In this document: positions 36,602 to 46,808 of the stretch, piece by piece | How the letters are laid out: every line of letters starts with the position of its first letter | Numbering within the stretch: the stretch's first letter is position 1 | Sequence record: PZ179882.1 | Length of the DNA stretch: 64,000 nucleotides | Reading direction: 5' to 3' (one strand) | From: a phage | The notes under the pieces: generated by a model | The model's input: the letters and a program-made list of their open reading frames with translations, nothing else | Databases searched by the model: none | What the model was told of the DNA's origin: nothing | Position numbers and translations under genes: made by a program

Positions 36602-36905
36602 CCTTGCGGCAACCTTGTCGGGGTTCCACCTGCTAAGGCAAGTGTTTGTACGAAACGCCGGGATTCGAACCCGGTTATTAAGTAGTTGACGCTACTCAAT
36701 ATTTTTAAAAGGCCATATCTCGACCATATCCGAACGTTCCGTCAAAAACGCTACTCGGCTTACGGCAAAGATATTTCCTCGAATCGATAATTCGGTGCGC
36801 CGTTTCTGCTGTGATAGTAAAGAGCCAGAACACAGTAAAACTGTGGGAGGAAACTATACTCCAGGGAACATCAGTCCGACGACTTACCGGTAGCGACCCG
36901 GTTTC
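36602..36905 (-). ncRNA. Structured non-coding region with a tRNA-like 3-prime half; candidate small stable RNA(s)
   Basis: No credible ORF; T-arm-like CCGGGTTCGAATCCCGG (36658..36674) plus hairpins; no complete cloverleaf. Confidence 0.3.
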
Positions 36906-37256
36906 TTAATATTCTTTTAAAGAATCAATATATTCACGGCGTTTACGCCACAAATCAATTGCTTCATACGCGGATTCAGCATTTCGAATTAGCCGGCATT
37001 TATGTAAAGACTTATGATTTTGATATTGTGTAGATAACGGAATTGTATCTAAAAGGTCTTTACGATCAAAATATTCGTAACCATCTAAACCAAATGAACG
37101 ATTTTTGAGAAATTGCCAATGACCATATTCGTTTTCGACATAAACATAATCTGCATGCTGATAAAGCAAATTAATTACACGTTCAGAAATAACAGTATCA
37201 TTATGATTAAAATAGAATGTTAAATCATGAACTACTAAATAAACATTACCTTTCAT
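36906..37256 (-). CDS. Hypothetical protein
   Basis: ORF track 116 aa. Confidence 0.5.
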   Translation of the reverse strand: MKGNVYLVVHDLTFYFNHNDTVISERVINLLYQHADYVYVENEYGHWQFLKNRSFGLDGYEYFDRKDLLDTIPLSTQYQNHKSLHKCRLIRNAESAYEAIDLWRKRREYIDSLKEY

Positions 37257-37274
37257 ATTTTCCTCACTTATAAT

Positions 37275-37350
37275 TGGTCGAGGCAGTAGGGATCGAACCT
37301 ACGACCTAGGACTTAGAAGGTCCTTGCTCTTCCTTCTGAGCTATGCCCCG
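37275..37350 (-). tRNA. tRNA-Arg (anticodon UCU)
   Basis: 76 nt cloverleaf folded by eye; loop CUUCUAA; T-loop GTTCGATCC; encoded CCA. Confidence 0.85.
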
Positions 37351-37354
37351 TAAT

Positions 37355-37429
37355 TGGGTGACCGATGGGAGTCGAACCCATGACTACGAGAATCACAATC
37401 TCGAGTTCTACCAACTGAACTACGGCCAC
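37355..37429 (-). tRNA. tRNA-His (anticodon GUG)
   Basis: 75 nt cloverleaf; loop UUGUGAU; T-loop GGTTCGACTCC; encoded CCA. Confidence 0.8.
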
Positions 37430-37543
37430 ATTAATACCTACTCCAACAATCAAGATGTCTTCACACGAAATTAAGAGAAGAGTGATCAGTTCAACCCCTA
37501 TAATCGCGTCAAGTAGATATTAATGTGACAGTTGTCACAAATT

Positions 37544-37618
37544 TGGCGGACGTGATAGGATTCGAACCTATAACCAATCGCTTAACAGGCGATCGCTCTG
37601 CCATTGAGCTACACATCC
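37544..37618 (-). tRNA. tRNA-Asn (anticodon GUU)
   Basis: 75 nt cloverleaf; loop CUGUUAA; encoded CCA. Confidence 0.8.
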
Positions 37619-37622
37619 AAAT

Positions 37623-37709
37623 TGGTGGGGAGTGATGGAGTCGAACCACCCGAGTCGCAATGACAATGGATTTACAGTCCACACCGCTACCTCTACGGGA
37701 TAACTCCCC
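37623..37709 (-). tRNA. tRNA-Tyr (anticodon GUA)
   Basis: 87 nt with long variable arm; loop CUGUAAA; encoded CCA. Confidence 0.75.
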
Positions 37710-37721
37710 TAATTCGTAATT

Positions 37722-37796
37722 TGGTGGCCCTGGGTGGAATTGAACCACCATCTGGCGATTATGAGTCGCTTGCTTGAACCTTCCAGCTACAGGGCC
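37722..37796 (-). tRNA. tRNA with CAU anticodon (Met, or Ile if C34 is lysidine-modified)
   Basis: 75 nt cloverleaf; loop CUCAUAA; one mismatch in D and anticodon stems. Confidence 0.75.
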
Positions 37797-37797
37797 T

Positions 37798-37873
37798 TGG
37801 TGCTGATTGACGGAATCGAACCGCCGACCTTCTCATTACAAGTGAGTTGCTCTACCTACTGAGCTAAATCAGC
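37798..37873 (-). tRNA. tRNA-Thr (anticodon UGU)
   Basis: 76 nt cloverleaf; loop CUUGUAA. Confidence 0.85.
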
Positions 37874-37878
37874 AAAAC

Positions 37879-37968
37879 TGGCGGAGGCGATAGGATTTGA
37901 ACCTATGAGTCGCCGGAGCGACTGCCGGTTTTCAAGACCGGTGCATTAAACCACTCTGCCACGCCTCC
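37879..37968 (-). tRNA. tRNA-Ser (anticodon UGA)
   Basis: 90 nt with long variable arm; loop CUUGAAA. Confidence 0.8.
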
Positions 37969-37970
37969 AG

Positions 37971-38044
37971 TCTCCGTGGCAGGATTTGAACCTACGACAT
38001 TCTGCTCCCAAAGCAGACGCTCTACCAAACTGAGCTACACGAAG
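37971..38044 (-). tRNA. tRNA-Pro (anticodon UGG), CCA not encoded
   Basis: 74 nt; loop UUUGGGA; 3-prime end lacks CCA. Confidence 0.8.
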
Positions 38045-38054
38045 TAAATTAAAT

Positions 38055-38128
<74 letters not shown>

Positions 38129-38133
38129 AAATT

Positions 38134-38220
38134 TGGTGCGAGAAGTGGGACTCGAACCCACAAGGAAATCATTCCGCAGCATTTTAAGTGCTGTGCCTTT
38201 ACCAATTTGACCATTCTCGC
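38134..38220 (-). tRNA. tRNA-Leu (anticodon UAA)
   Basis: 87 nt with long variable arm; loop CUUAAAA. Confidence 0.85.
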
Positions 38221-38226
38221 TCTATA

Positions 38227-38859
38227 TTATTTATTACGTGAAAAAGATTGTTCTATCAATTCTGGACACTTTCGTTCTATCCATTTTCTAGCTTTTTGTG
38301 GGCTTATACCTATTATTTTAGCAGCTTTACTAACCCATCCAAATTTAGAATAATCGATTTTAACTAATTCTTCGTAAATTTCATCAGTTAAAATCTTTTC
38401 ATTAATATTTACCAGTAAATGATATAATTTATTATCATTAGCAATTTTAATGAATCTTTTATAGTTTCCGCCTTTACTTAAACCTAATGAAGTAATTGCA
38501 GATGATATAGTAGCTGAATTTAATAGTGCGTTTAAAATTTCTTCATCACTAACATTATAACGCTTTTTATTATTTTTAATATTTTTACCGGCAAAAGTAT
38601 CAGTTTGCGAATGGCAATTTGGACATAATAATCTTAAATTTGATTTAAGATGATTTTTGTTATTTCCATCAATATGGTCTAATTGCAGAACAATATGCTT
38701 ATTTTGCCATTTTGAAATTTTACAAATTGCACACTCATATGGAAAAATATTTTCTTTTATTATTTTGTCTTTCAGCTTTCCTGTACTAAAATTTGGATGT
38801 TTTCCTTCAAAAATTTCAGCTAATTTAGTATCCATAATATAATTCCCAATTATTAACAA
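38227..38859 (-). CDS. HNH homing endonuclease
   Basis: 210 aa; LQLDHIDGNNKNH...LRLLCPNCH HNH motif; stop 6 nt upstream of tRNA-Leu; start may be 38835. Confidence 0.65.
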   Translation of the reverse strand: MLIIGNYIMDTKLAEIFEGKHPNFSTGKLKDKIIKENIFPYECAICKISKWQNKHIVLQLDHIDGNNKNHLKSNLRLLCPNCHSQTDTFAGKNIKNNKKRYNVSDEEILNALLNSATISSAITSLGLSKGGNYKRFIKIANDNKLYHLLVNINEKILTDEIYEELVKIDYSKFGWVSKAAKIIGISPQKARKWIERKCPELIEQSFSRNK

Positions 38860-38945
38860 AGGCTCTCAAACAAGAACCCTTGATGATAGAGGGTATTAAT
38901 CAGTGCGATATGAGTTAATAATAACAAATAATTCTTAAAGCATAT

Positions 38946-39233
38946 TTACCATTTATAATAATACATATTTACGATGCATTCAAGACCCAAAGGATTCTTG
39001 AAAATATCATATTCAAGAGGACCTTTTTCTGTTTCAATAAAGAAATCAAAATTTACTGTATTAAATTTACGTTCTTCCTTCACTAATTTAACTTGAGAAG
39101 ATGAACGGTCAATGTAAACCTTTTCAACTTCAAAACATGTTAAAATGCCATAATCATCAATCAAAGCTTTAGCCGCGTCTTGATCATATTTATATCCATT
39201 TTCAATGGATGATACTTTTGCATAAAGAATCAT
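38946..39233 (-). CDS. Hypothetical protein
   Basis: ORF track 95 aa. Confidence 0.5.
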   Translation of the reverse strand: MILYAKVSSIENGYKYDQDAAKALIDDYGILTCFEVEKVYIDRSSSQVKLVKEERKFNTVNFDFFIETEKGPLEYDIFKNPLGLECIVNMYYYKW

Positions 39234-39235
39234 TA

Positions 39236-39634
39236 TCAGCCTTCATCAACAATAGTGTGAGTATTAGCATTTACGATTTGCCACCAATCAAAGCGATTAG
39301 AATCCATCGGTTTGTTTTCATTTTCTTTGATAATGTCACGGAGTTCATCTTCAGAGAATGCTTTAGCAATTAAATCGGTATACCCACCACGGGGATAATA
39401 ATTATCACCTGCAAACAAAAGGAAATTTACCTTCCCGGAAGCAACATATGCTTCCTTAGGATACTTGTTTCCTGCGTGGTCAACCACTTCAATATAACGG
39501 TAAGGAATATCGGTTCTTTCAACCCATTGCCATGCCGCCGCAGGGGAATCGAAAGCATCTACACCTAAACGATTATCTTCATCTTTAGACGGATTATTTT
39601 CGTAATCCGCATATACATAATATTCAACGTTCAT
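39236..39634 (-). CDS. Hypothetical protein
   Basis: ORF track 132 aa. Confidence 0.5.
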   Translation of the reverse strand: MNVEYYVYADYENNPSKDEDNRLGVDAFDSPAAAWQWVERTDIPYRYIEVVDHAGNKYPKEAYVASGKVNFLLFAGDNYYPRGGYTDLIAKAFSEDELRDIIKENENKPMDSNRFDWWQIVNANTHTIVDEG

Positions 39635-39819
39635 TATTCACCTTTAGAAATTTTATCCATAACAATAGCAATTAAACCAATTAAAAATGCTACTACAAGT
39701 GAAAAAACATTTTCTGCCGTAGTCAATAATCCGCATATAAATCCAACAATCATTGAAAAACTGAAAGCGGAAGCAGAAATTGCAATAGCAACATTTCGAA
39801 TTAATTCACAACGTTTCAT
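39634..39819 (-). CDS. Small membrane protein
   Basis: 61 aa; two hydrophobic segments; downstream of promoter 39848..39877. Confidence 0.45.
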   Translation of the reverse strand: MKRCELIRNVAIAISASAFSFSMIVGFICGLLTTAENVFSLVVAFLIGLIAIVMDKISKGE

Positions 39820-39847
39820 TTTATTCTCCTCAGTAGTAGATAGGGTA

Positions 39848-39877
39848 ATAGTATCACTACCCTATCTAAAAGTAAAC
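39848..39877 (-). promoter_or_regulatory. T4 early-type promoter
   Basis: GTTTAC 39877..39872, TACTAT 39853..39848. Confidence 0.55.
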
Positions 39878-40111
39878 TTATTTTTTACGAAAAATTGATT
39901 TATTTTCTGCTGCCCATTTTTCAATAACTGCAGCAGGACCAGTAACAACAATTTTATCACCGTAATCTTCTGCGGCGAGTTGACCGAAATTATCTAATGC
40001 ATCACGAAGAACTCCATGAGGCATTTCACCCATTTTATCTTTCTTGCCGGTGTAAATAAACTCAACTTTTACATCAGCAGTTTCAGCAATAAATTCTTGG
40101 TAAGTTTTCAT
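39878..40111 (-). CDS. Internal protein I-like (capsid-targeted)
   Basis: ORF track 39878..40123; MKTYQEFIAE capsid-targeting sequence starts at 40111; 77 aa; position upstream of 57B as T4 ipI. Confidence 0.6.
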   Translation of the reverse strand: MKTYQEFIAETADVKVEFIYTGKKDKMGEMPHGVLRDALDNFGQLAAEDYGDKIVVTGPAAVIEKWAAENKSIFRKK

Positions 40112-40145
40112 TTTGATTTCCATTTGGTTTTGTTTTGATAGGGTA

Positions 40146-40175
40146 ATAGTATCACAACTAAAACCCTATGTAAAC
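40146..40175 (-). promoter_or_regulatory. T4 early-type promoter upstream of the ipI-like gene
   Basis: GTTTAC 40175..40170, TACTAT 40151..40146. Confidence 0.55.
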
Positions 40176-40187
40176 AACTTTGTGAAA

Positions 40188-40872
<685 letters not shown>

Positions 40873-40873
<1 letters not shown>

Positions 40874-41598
40874 TATAGTACCTTTAGTGTATTTTTAATT
40901 TTAGAAAAAAGTTCTTCAAGAGAACCATCGTTTGTAATTACTAAATCGCCATCACGAATTGGCAATCCAGCTTCTGTAATATGTGTATCATTGGATTTTT
41001 GACCAGGACGAACTACATGAATTACTGTAGCACCCATCGCCCTAGCCGCATCCATTTCATGATCTTGACGGGTATCAGGAACGATATAATAATCATAACC
41101 TGAGTTAAATTTATCAAGATAATCTAAAGCAAATAATTTTACCCAGTACATGCGGTCGAAGTTATTAACAATCAAATCCGTACCTAGGGCTTGCATCAGA
41201 CGACGGACTGACCATTGATCTTCAATATTATTTATAACGTCAGTAATTTTGTTAAATGCTACGAAATTAACTGATTCTTTTCCTTCGTCATCAAAAACAA
41301 ACACACCTTTAATTGGGCTTTTACCATTAAGATAGCAAAATGCTTGTTCCATAATCGTGATTACTTCTAATTTAGTCAGATTTAAATTAGTCTCACGATC
41401 ATAGTCAATTCCTTCAAACTCTTTACGAGTTAAGCAAGGATAGTCGGTGTTTGCTGCAAATACACCCCATGCATAAGCCAATGCATCCTTAATAGGACCA
41501 GCAAGTTGATATTTAACTGCAGAATAATTATTCATGATAAAATCTGCAGTAGTATCTTTTCCACTACGCTTTACACCACTTAAAAAGATTAGTTTCAT
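40873..41598 (-). CDS. 1: Deoxynucleoside monophosphate kinase
   Basis: 241 aa; MKLIFLSGVKRSGKDT P-loop; matches T4 gp1. Confidence 0.92.
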
Positions 41599-41647
41599 GT
41601 GTTTCTCCTCAAATTTAGTTAAGATTATAACACATGAAACTTAAGCA

Positions 41648-42178
41648 TTAAACTTCTGCTATAATTTTGCCATCTTTTTCTACTTGAAAATACGTATAAG
41701 GAATCGTTGCTGTGCATACTAAAGCTGGGTCTGAATCTTCTGTGTAGCTAAATTCTACTTCAGACAGGTCAGAAACCCAAGGCTTATAAAAATTTATTGA
41801 CATCACGATTTCAGTTTTACTATTATCTAAAATGTAAAGCGTAATGTACTCAGGACCTGTTTTTTGGGCAGTATTTTCGCCTGTAAGATAGTTACTAGTT
41901 CCTAGCATCCATTCATACATTCCTATCCACGACTTAAGCTCTTCATCAACTATAAATCTCACGATGAGTGGATCGTACTCAAATGTAACACCTGGACGTT
42001 GTGCTCGGCCTAGTCCAAACGGCCCAGTCACGGTATCAGTAACAGGTATCCTAATTCCTGGAATAGGAACTGACTGAGCATTTAAAGTAAAAGCAGATGT
42101 AGTATTACTATGCGGTATTGATACTACAAAGTTAGTTGTATTTGCTTGGTTAAAAATTTGTTGCAGAGCTTGCGACAT
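41648..42178 (-). CDS. 3: Tail tube terminator / sheath stabiliser gp3
   Basis: ORF track 41648..42259; MSQALQQIFNQANTTNF start at 42178 gives 176 aa as in T4 gp3. Confidence 0.88.
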   Translation of the reverse strand: MSQALQQIFNQANTTNFVVSIPHSNTTSAFTLNAQSVPIPGIRIPVTDTVTGPFGLGRAQRPGVTFEYDPLIVRFIVDEELKSWIGMYEWMLGTSNYLTGENTAQKTGPEYITLYILDNSKTEIVMSINFYKPWVSDLSEVEFSYTEDSDPALVCTATIPYTYFQVEKDGKIIAEV

Positions 42179-42284
42179 ATATTCCTCATAATGCTTTATA
42201 AATGTTGGTGGTATAATGGGTCTAAGTCCCTTCCATTCAATTCCAATTAGAACAAACAATAGAAAAGAATGGAAGATAATAGAA

Positions 42285-43109
42285 TTAGATATTTGACCAG
42301 ACTTTGTTTGCAGAGAAACGTTTTCCTTTTGAAACGAACTGCTGAAGTGGCATTAACACAACGTTCGCCCAGTCTTTCGGGGCGATTTCAACAAGGCTAC
42401 CCATAATATTACCAGGTATATATGCCTTAATCATTTGGTCTGCACCCCTAAATCCTTTCACTTGACTCCAATCAATTTTTAATTTCGTTTTATTAGTAAT
42501 AGTAGGTGTATTTGAATATTGCTTTAAAAGCTCTTCTAGAAACTGTTGACGAGCTTTAGGTGGAATATAGTGCAAGTTCAATCCATACATTAAATTATGT
42601 TTACCTAAACCGAGGTAAATTATCAAAGGAAATTTATCCCAATAAGGAAGAGTTTCCTTGTGTTTAGCATCATAAGCAAAAGCATATATTCGTCCCGGCT
42701 GCGGGCGAACAACCTTATGTCCTTTTACTTGCTTAATAGTTTCAGCAAACCACTTTCTGGTTTTATTATTAATTGCTGCACCTTCATTACGAATTTTATC
42801 ACGCAATGTTTGTCTGAATGAATTTATCATAAGCAGTTGTCTTTCTTGCTTATTGAGTTTATTCATTGGTTTTGATTCAAGATTTTGAATCTTTTCAGCC
42901 GTTTTAATTCCTGAAGCATATTTTGACATTGCCGAAGTAAACGTAGAGTATTTGATTCCTCTTTCTTCAGCAAATTGCTTTCCTGTCATTCCTTTTGCTT
43001 TGGCCTTTTTATATTCAAGACCTATCTGAATCCATTTCTTTTCGTTTAATGATTGCTTAACCTTTGGAACTTGGGGAGTGCTTTCATTAATTATTTGAAA
43101 AATAGCCAT
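42285..43109 (-). CDS. 2: DNA end protector gp2
   Basis: 274 aa; matches T4 gp2. Confidence 0.9.
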   Translation of the reverse strand: MAIFQIINESTPQVPKVKQSLNEKKWIQIGLEYKKAKAKGMTGKQFAEERGIKYSTFTSAMSKYASGIKTAEKIQNLESKPMNKLNKQERQLLMINSFRQTLRDKIRNEGAAINNKTRKWFAETIKQVKGHKVVRPQPGRIYAFAYDAKHKETLPYWDKFPLIIYLGLGKHNLMYGLNLHYIPPKARQQFLEELLKQYSNTPTITNKTKLKIDWSQVKGFRGADQMIKAYIPGNIMGSLVEIAPKDWANVVLMPLQQFVSKGKRFSANKVWSNI

Positions 43110-43561
43110 TATGCCCCCTTAAAGCCAAGAGCTCGTAATCCATCTTCTGTTAGAATTCTAAATTTTATTCCACGCTTTTCAGCTAAAGATTGTGCTGCTT
43201 TCCATTTGTCGGTATTAACAGAATATGTATAAATTTCATTCATAAATCTTTTCTTCGCTGCGGTTGTTAGATGTGCTGGTTTAACTGGTGGTTGTGTTTC
43301 TTTTTTAGGTTTTATTTCAATAAAAAATTCTTGTCCAGAAGAATCTTTCATCCAAATATCCATGAAGTATCTACGTTTTTTCCCTTCTGCATTACAAAAA
43401 TAAGGAATTACTGCTGTTTCACTACCCCATGCAATAATTTCTGGATTTTTATCTAACCATTCAAAAAAGAATTTTTCCCAATTTGATCTATACGTAATTT
43501 TTTTAGGGTCACCTCTATATTTTGATATATTTTTAGGAACCCATTTTCCAGAATATGCCAT
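43109..43561 (-). CDS. 4: Head completion protein gp4
   Basis: 150 aa; matches T4 gp4; diverges from gene 53 across a late promoter. Confidence 0.9.
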   Translation of the reverse strand: MAYSGKWVPKNISKYRGDPKKITYRSNWEKFFFEWLDKNPEIIAWGSETAVIPYFCNAEGKKRRYFMDIWMKDSSGQEFFIEIKPKKETQPPVKPAHLTTAAKKRFMNEIYTYSVNTDKWKAAQSLAEKRGIKFRILTEDGLRALGFKGA

Positions 43562-43572
43562 TGGATTCTCCT

Positions 43573-43580
43573 TATAAATA
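43573..43580 (+). promoter_or_regulatory. Late promoter TATAAATA upstream of gene 53
   Basis: Exact TATAAATA 29 nt upstream of the gene 53 ATG. Confidence 0.65.
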
Positions 43581-43608
43581 GATAATATATTTATAAACAG
43601 GAGGGCCC

Positions 43609-44199
43609 ATGCTCTTTACATTTTTTGATCCGATTGAATATGCGGCCAAAACGGTGAATAAAAACGCGCCGACTATTCCTATGACAGATATTTTTAGAAA
43701 CTATAAAGACTATTTTAAACGCGCTCTTGCGGGATACCGCTTACGTACTTATTATATCAAAGGTTCACCACGCCCGGAAGAATTAGCAAATACTATATAT
43801 GGAAATCCGCAGTTGTATTGGGTTTTATTGATGTGTAATGATAATTATGATCCGTATTATGGATGGATTACTTCGCAAGAAGCTGCTTATCAAGCATCTA
43901 TACAAAAATACAAAAACGTAGGTGGAGACCAAATAGTATATCATGTGAATGAGAACGGTGAAAAATTTTATAATTTAATATCATACGATGATAATCCATA
44001 TGTTTGGTATGACAAAGGCGATAAAGCTAGAAAATATCCTCAATATGAAGGAGCACTTGCTGCGGTCGATACGTATGAAGCTGCTGTTCTTGAAAATGAA
44101 AAACTTCGTCAAATAAAAATAATAGCAAAATCAGACATCAATTCATTTATGAACGACCTTATACGTATAATGGAGAAATCTTATGGAAATGATAAGTAA
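43609..44199 (+). CDS. 53: Baseplate wedge protein gp53
   Basis: 196 aa; TATAAATA late promoter 43573..43580 upstream. Confidence 0.92.
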   Translation: MLFTFFDPIEYAAKTVNKNAPTIPMTDIFRNYKDYFKRALAGYRLRTYYIKGSPRPEELANTIYGNPQLYWVLLMCNDNYDPYYGWITSQEAAYQASIQKYKNVGGDQIVYHVNENGEKFYNLISYDDNPYVWYDKGDKARKYPQYEGALAAVDTYEAAVLENEKLRQIKIIAKSDINSFMNDLIRIMEKSYGNDK

Positions 44200-45913
44200 T
44201 AACCTTAATTGGTTTGTTGGTGTTGTTGAAGATAGAATGGACCCATTAAAATTAGGTCGTGTTCGTGTTCGTGTAGTTGGTCTGCATCCACCTCAAAGAG
44301 CACAAGGCGATGTAATGGGTATTCCAACTGAAAAATTACCATGGATGTCAGTTATTCAACCTATAACTTCTGCAGCAATGTCTGGAATTGGAGGTTCTGT
44401 TACTGGACCGGTAGAAGGAACTAGAGTTTATGGTCATTTTTTAGACAAATGGAAAACTAACGGAATTGTCCTTGGCACGTATGGTGGAATAGTTCGCGAA
44501 AAACCGAATAGACTTGAAGGATTTTCTGACCCAACTGGACAGTATCCTAGACGTCTAGGAAATGATACTAACGTATTAAACCAAGGCGGAGAAGTAGGAT
44601 ATGATTCGTCTTCTAATATTATCCAAGATAGCAATCTAGACACTGCGATAAATCCTGATGATAGACCGCTATCAGAGATTCCAACTGATGATAATCCAAA
44701 TATGTCAATGGCTGAAATGCTTCGCCGTGATGAAGGATTAAGACTAAAAGTTTATTGGGATACAGAAGGATATCCGACAATTGGTATTGGTCATCTTATC
44801 ATGAAGCAGCCAGTTCGTGATATGGCCCAAATTAATAAAGTTTTATCAAAACAAGTTGGTCGTGAAATTACCGGAAATCCAGGTTCTATTACAATGGAAG
44901 AAGCGGTAACTTTATTTGAACGCGATTTGGCTGATATGCAACGTGACATTAAATCACATTCTAAAGTTGGCCCAGTTTGGCAAGCAGTTAATCGTTCTCG
45001 TCAAATGGCGTTAGAAAATATGGCATTCCAAATGGGCGTTGGTGGCGTAGCTAAATTTAACACAATGTTAACTGCTATGTTAGCCGGAGATTGGGAAAAA
45101 GCATATAAAGCCGGTCGTGATTCATTGTGGTATCAACAAACAAAAGGCCGTGCATCGCGTGTTACCATGATTATTCTTACAGGGAATTTGGAATCATACG
45201 GTATTGAAGTTAAAACACCAGCTAGGTCTTTGTCAGCAATGGCTGCTACTGTAGCAAAGTCTTCTGACCCGGCCGATCCTCCTATTCCGAATGATTCAAG
45301 AATTTTATTCAAAGAACCTGTTTCTTCATATAAAGGTGAGTATCCGTATGTTCATACAATGGAAACTGAAAGCGGTCATATTCAGGAATTTGATGATACC
45401 CCTGGGCAAGAGCGATACAGATTAGTTCATCCGACTGGAACGTATGAGGAAGTATCACCGTCAGGAAGAAGAACAAGAAAAACTGTTGATAATTTGTATG
45501 ATATAACAAATGCTGACGGTAATTTTTTGGTAGCCGGCGATAAAAAGACTAACGTCGGTGGATCAGAAATTTACTACAACATGGATAATCGTCTTCACCA
45601 AATAGATGGAAGCAACACAATATTTGTCCGTGGCGATGAAACTAAGACAGTTGAAGGTAATGGAACTATCCTAGTTAAAGGTAATGTTACTATTGTAGTT
45701 GAAGGTAATGCTGATATTACAGTTAAAGGGGATGCTACTACTTTAGTTGAAGGAAATCAAACTAATACAGTAAATGGAAATCTTTCTTGGAAAGTTGCTG
45801 GGACAGTTGATTGGGACGTTGGTGGTGATTGGACAGAAAAAATGGCATCTATGAGTTCTATTTCATCTGGTCAATACACAATTGATGGTAGCCGTATAGA
45901 CGTAGGTTTATAA
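44183..45913 (+). CDS. 5: Baseplate hub/tail lysozyme gp5
   Basis: 576 aa; central lysozyme domain MAEMLRRDEGLRLKVYWDTEGYPTIGIGHL; C-terminal VxGxxxxx beta-helix repeats. Confidence 0.95.
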   Translation: MEMISNNLNWFVGVVEDRMDPLKLGRVRVRVVGLHPPQRAQGDVMGIPTEKLPWMSVIQPITSAAMSGIGGSVTGPVEGTRVYGHFLDKWKTNGIVLGTYGGIVREKPNRLEGFSDPTGQYPRRLGNDTNVLNQGGEVGYDSSSNIIQDSNLDTAINPDDRPLSEIPTDDNPNMSMAEMLRRDEGLRLKVYWDTEGYPTIGIGHLIMKQPVRDMAQINKVLSKQVGREITGNPGSITMEEAVTLFERDLADMQRDIKSHSKVGPVWQAVNRSRQMALENMAFQMGVGGVAKFNTMLTAMLAGDWEKAYKAGRDSLWYQQTKGRASRVTMIILTGNLESYGIEVKTPARSLSAMAATVAKSSDPADPPIPNDSRILFKEPVSSYKGEYPYVHTMETESGHIQEFDDTPGQERYRLVHPTGTYEEVSPSGRRTRKTVDNLYDITNADGNFLVAGDKKTNVGGSEIYYNMDNRLHQIDGSNTIFVRGDETKTVEGNGTILVKGNVTIVVEGNADITVKGDATTLVEGNQTNTVNGNLSWKVAGTVDWDVGGDWTEKMASMSSISSGQYTIDGSRIDVGL

Positions 45914-45916
45914 ATA
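45909..45916 (+). promoter_or_regulatory. Late promoter TATAAATA upstream of the SegC-like endonuclease gene
   Basis: Exact TATAAATA 16 nt upstream of ATG 45932. Confidence 0.55.
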
Positions 45917-45931
45917 ATTCAGAGGTGAATT

Positions 45932-46798
45932 ATGAAAAAATCTAACACTGTTCAATTTAGATACATATATAAAACAACCGTTACTAATCCGAAAGGATTA
46001 GTACGTGTTTATATTGGTAAACATGAATCTAGATATTTTGATTTAGAAAATGACAAGTATATAGGTTCCGGTGATTATATTAAAAAGATACGCAATAAAC
46101 CTGGTTATAAAATAGATTTTGAAATAATTGAATTTGTTTCTACTTATGAAATTCTTAATTTAAGAGAAAGGTATTGGATTTCGAAATATAAATCATCTGA
46201 CATTCTATGTACCAATATAAAATCCGGCGGTGATGGTTTTTCATCCGAAGATTTGAAGAGAATGTGGTCTAATCCTGAATATAGGAAAGCTCAATTGAAG
46301 GCATTAGCTAAATCAACGTCAACTAAAGAATTTTCAGAGAAAATATCTAAAATAAACAAAGAAAGATGCGCATCACCAGAATATCGAAAGAAAATGAGTA
46401 ATGCGATGAAAACTGCTTTTGAAAATGACCCGACATTAAAAATTCGTATTTCTAATACTGTTAAATCTTTATGGAAATCCGATGAATACAGAAATAAATT
46501 AATCAATCATCCAGGAAAAATAGAAGGAACGAAACAATCATGGAATGATCCTTTGATAAGAAAATCGAGATTAGATGCTAGAAATAAAAAACTAAGATCA
46601 GTTGAACCTTGGATTAGTATAGAAAAAGTCAAAAAACTTTGGGAGGATTTGGGAAAACCGCATCCGCAGAAATACAAATGGTTTAGAGAAAAAGCAATTG
46701 AACATGACCTTCCGGATGTAAGTTATAACGCAATTTTAAAAGCTTTGAAAAAATGTGATTATAAATTTACATCATTAGAGAATTCAACAATTGGCTAA
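45932..46798 (+). CDS. GIY-YIG homing endonuclease (SegC-like)
   Basis: 288 aa; RYIYKTTVTNPKGLVRVYIGKHES GIY-YIG motif; repeated W-NPEYRK NUMOD-like motifs; own TATAAATA at 45909..45916. Confidence 0.7.
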   Translation: MKKSNTVQFRYIYKTTVTNPKGLVRVYIGKHESRYFDLENDKYIGSGDYIKKIRNKPGYKIDFEIIEFVSTYEILNLRERYWISKYKSSDILCTNIKSGGDGFSSEDLKRMWSNPEYRKAQLKALAKSTSTKEFSEKISKINKERCASPEYRKKMSNAMKTAFENDPTLKIRISNTVKSLWKSDEYRNKLINHPGKIEGTKQSWNDPLIRKSRLDARNKKLRSVEPWISIEKVKKLWEDLGKPHPQKYKWFREKAIEHDLPDVSYNAILKALKKCDYKFTSLENSTIG

Positions 46799-46808
46799 TA
46801 TACTTCCA

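Noticed and set aside
36523-36699. N-terminal 59 residues of the 216-aa track ORF 36049..36699
   Set aside because: Extension runs through a terminator hairpin and the RNA region; the real start is the ATG at 36522 with an RBS and a capsid-targeting N-terminus.
37509-37751. 80-aa minus-strand ORF, and 38054..38353 plus-strand ORF
   Set aside because: Both run through tRNA genes; they are translations of structured RNA sequence.
45600-45913. Periodic repeat near the 3-prime end of gene 5 (possible tandem repeat or CRISPR-like array)
   Set aside because: It is the coding sequence of the gp5 VxGxxxxx beta-helix, a protein-level repeat; no spacer/repeat architecture.
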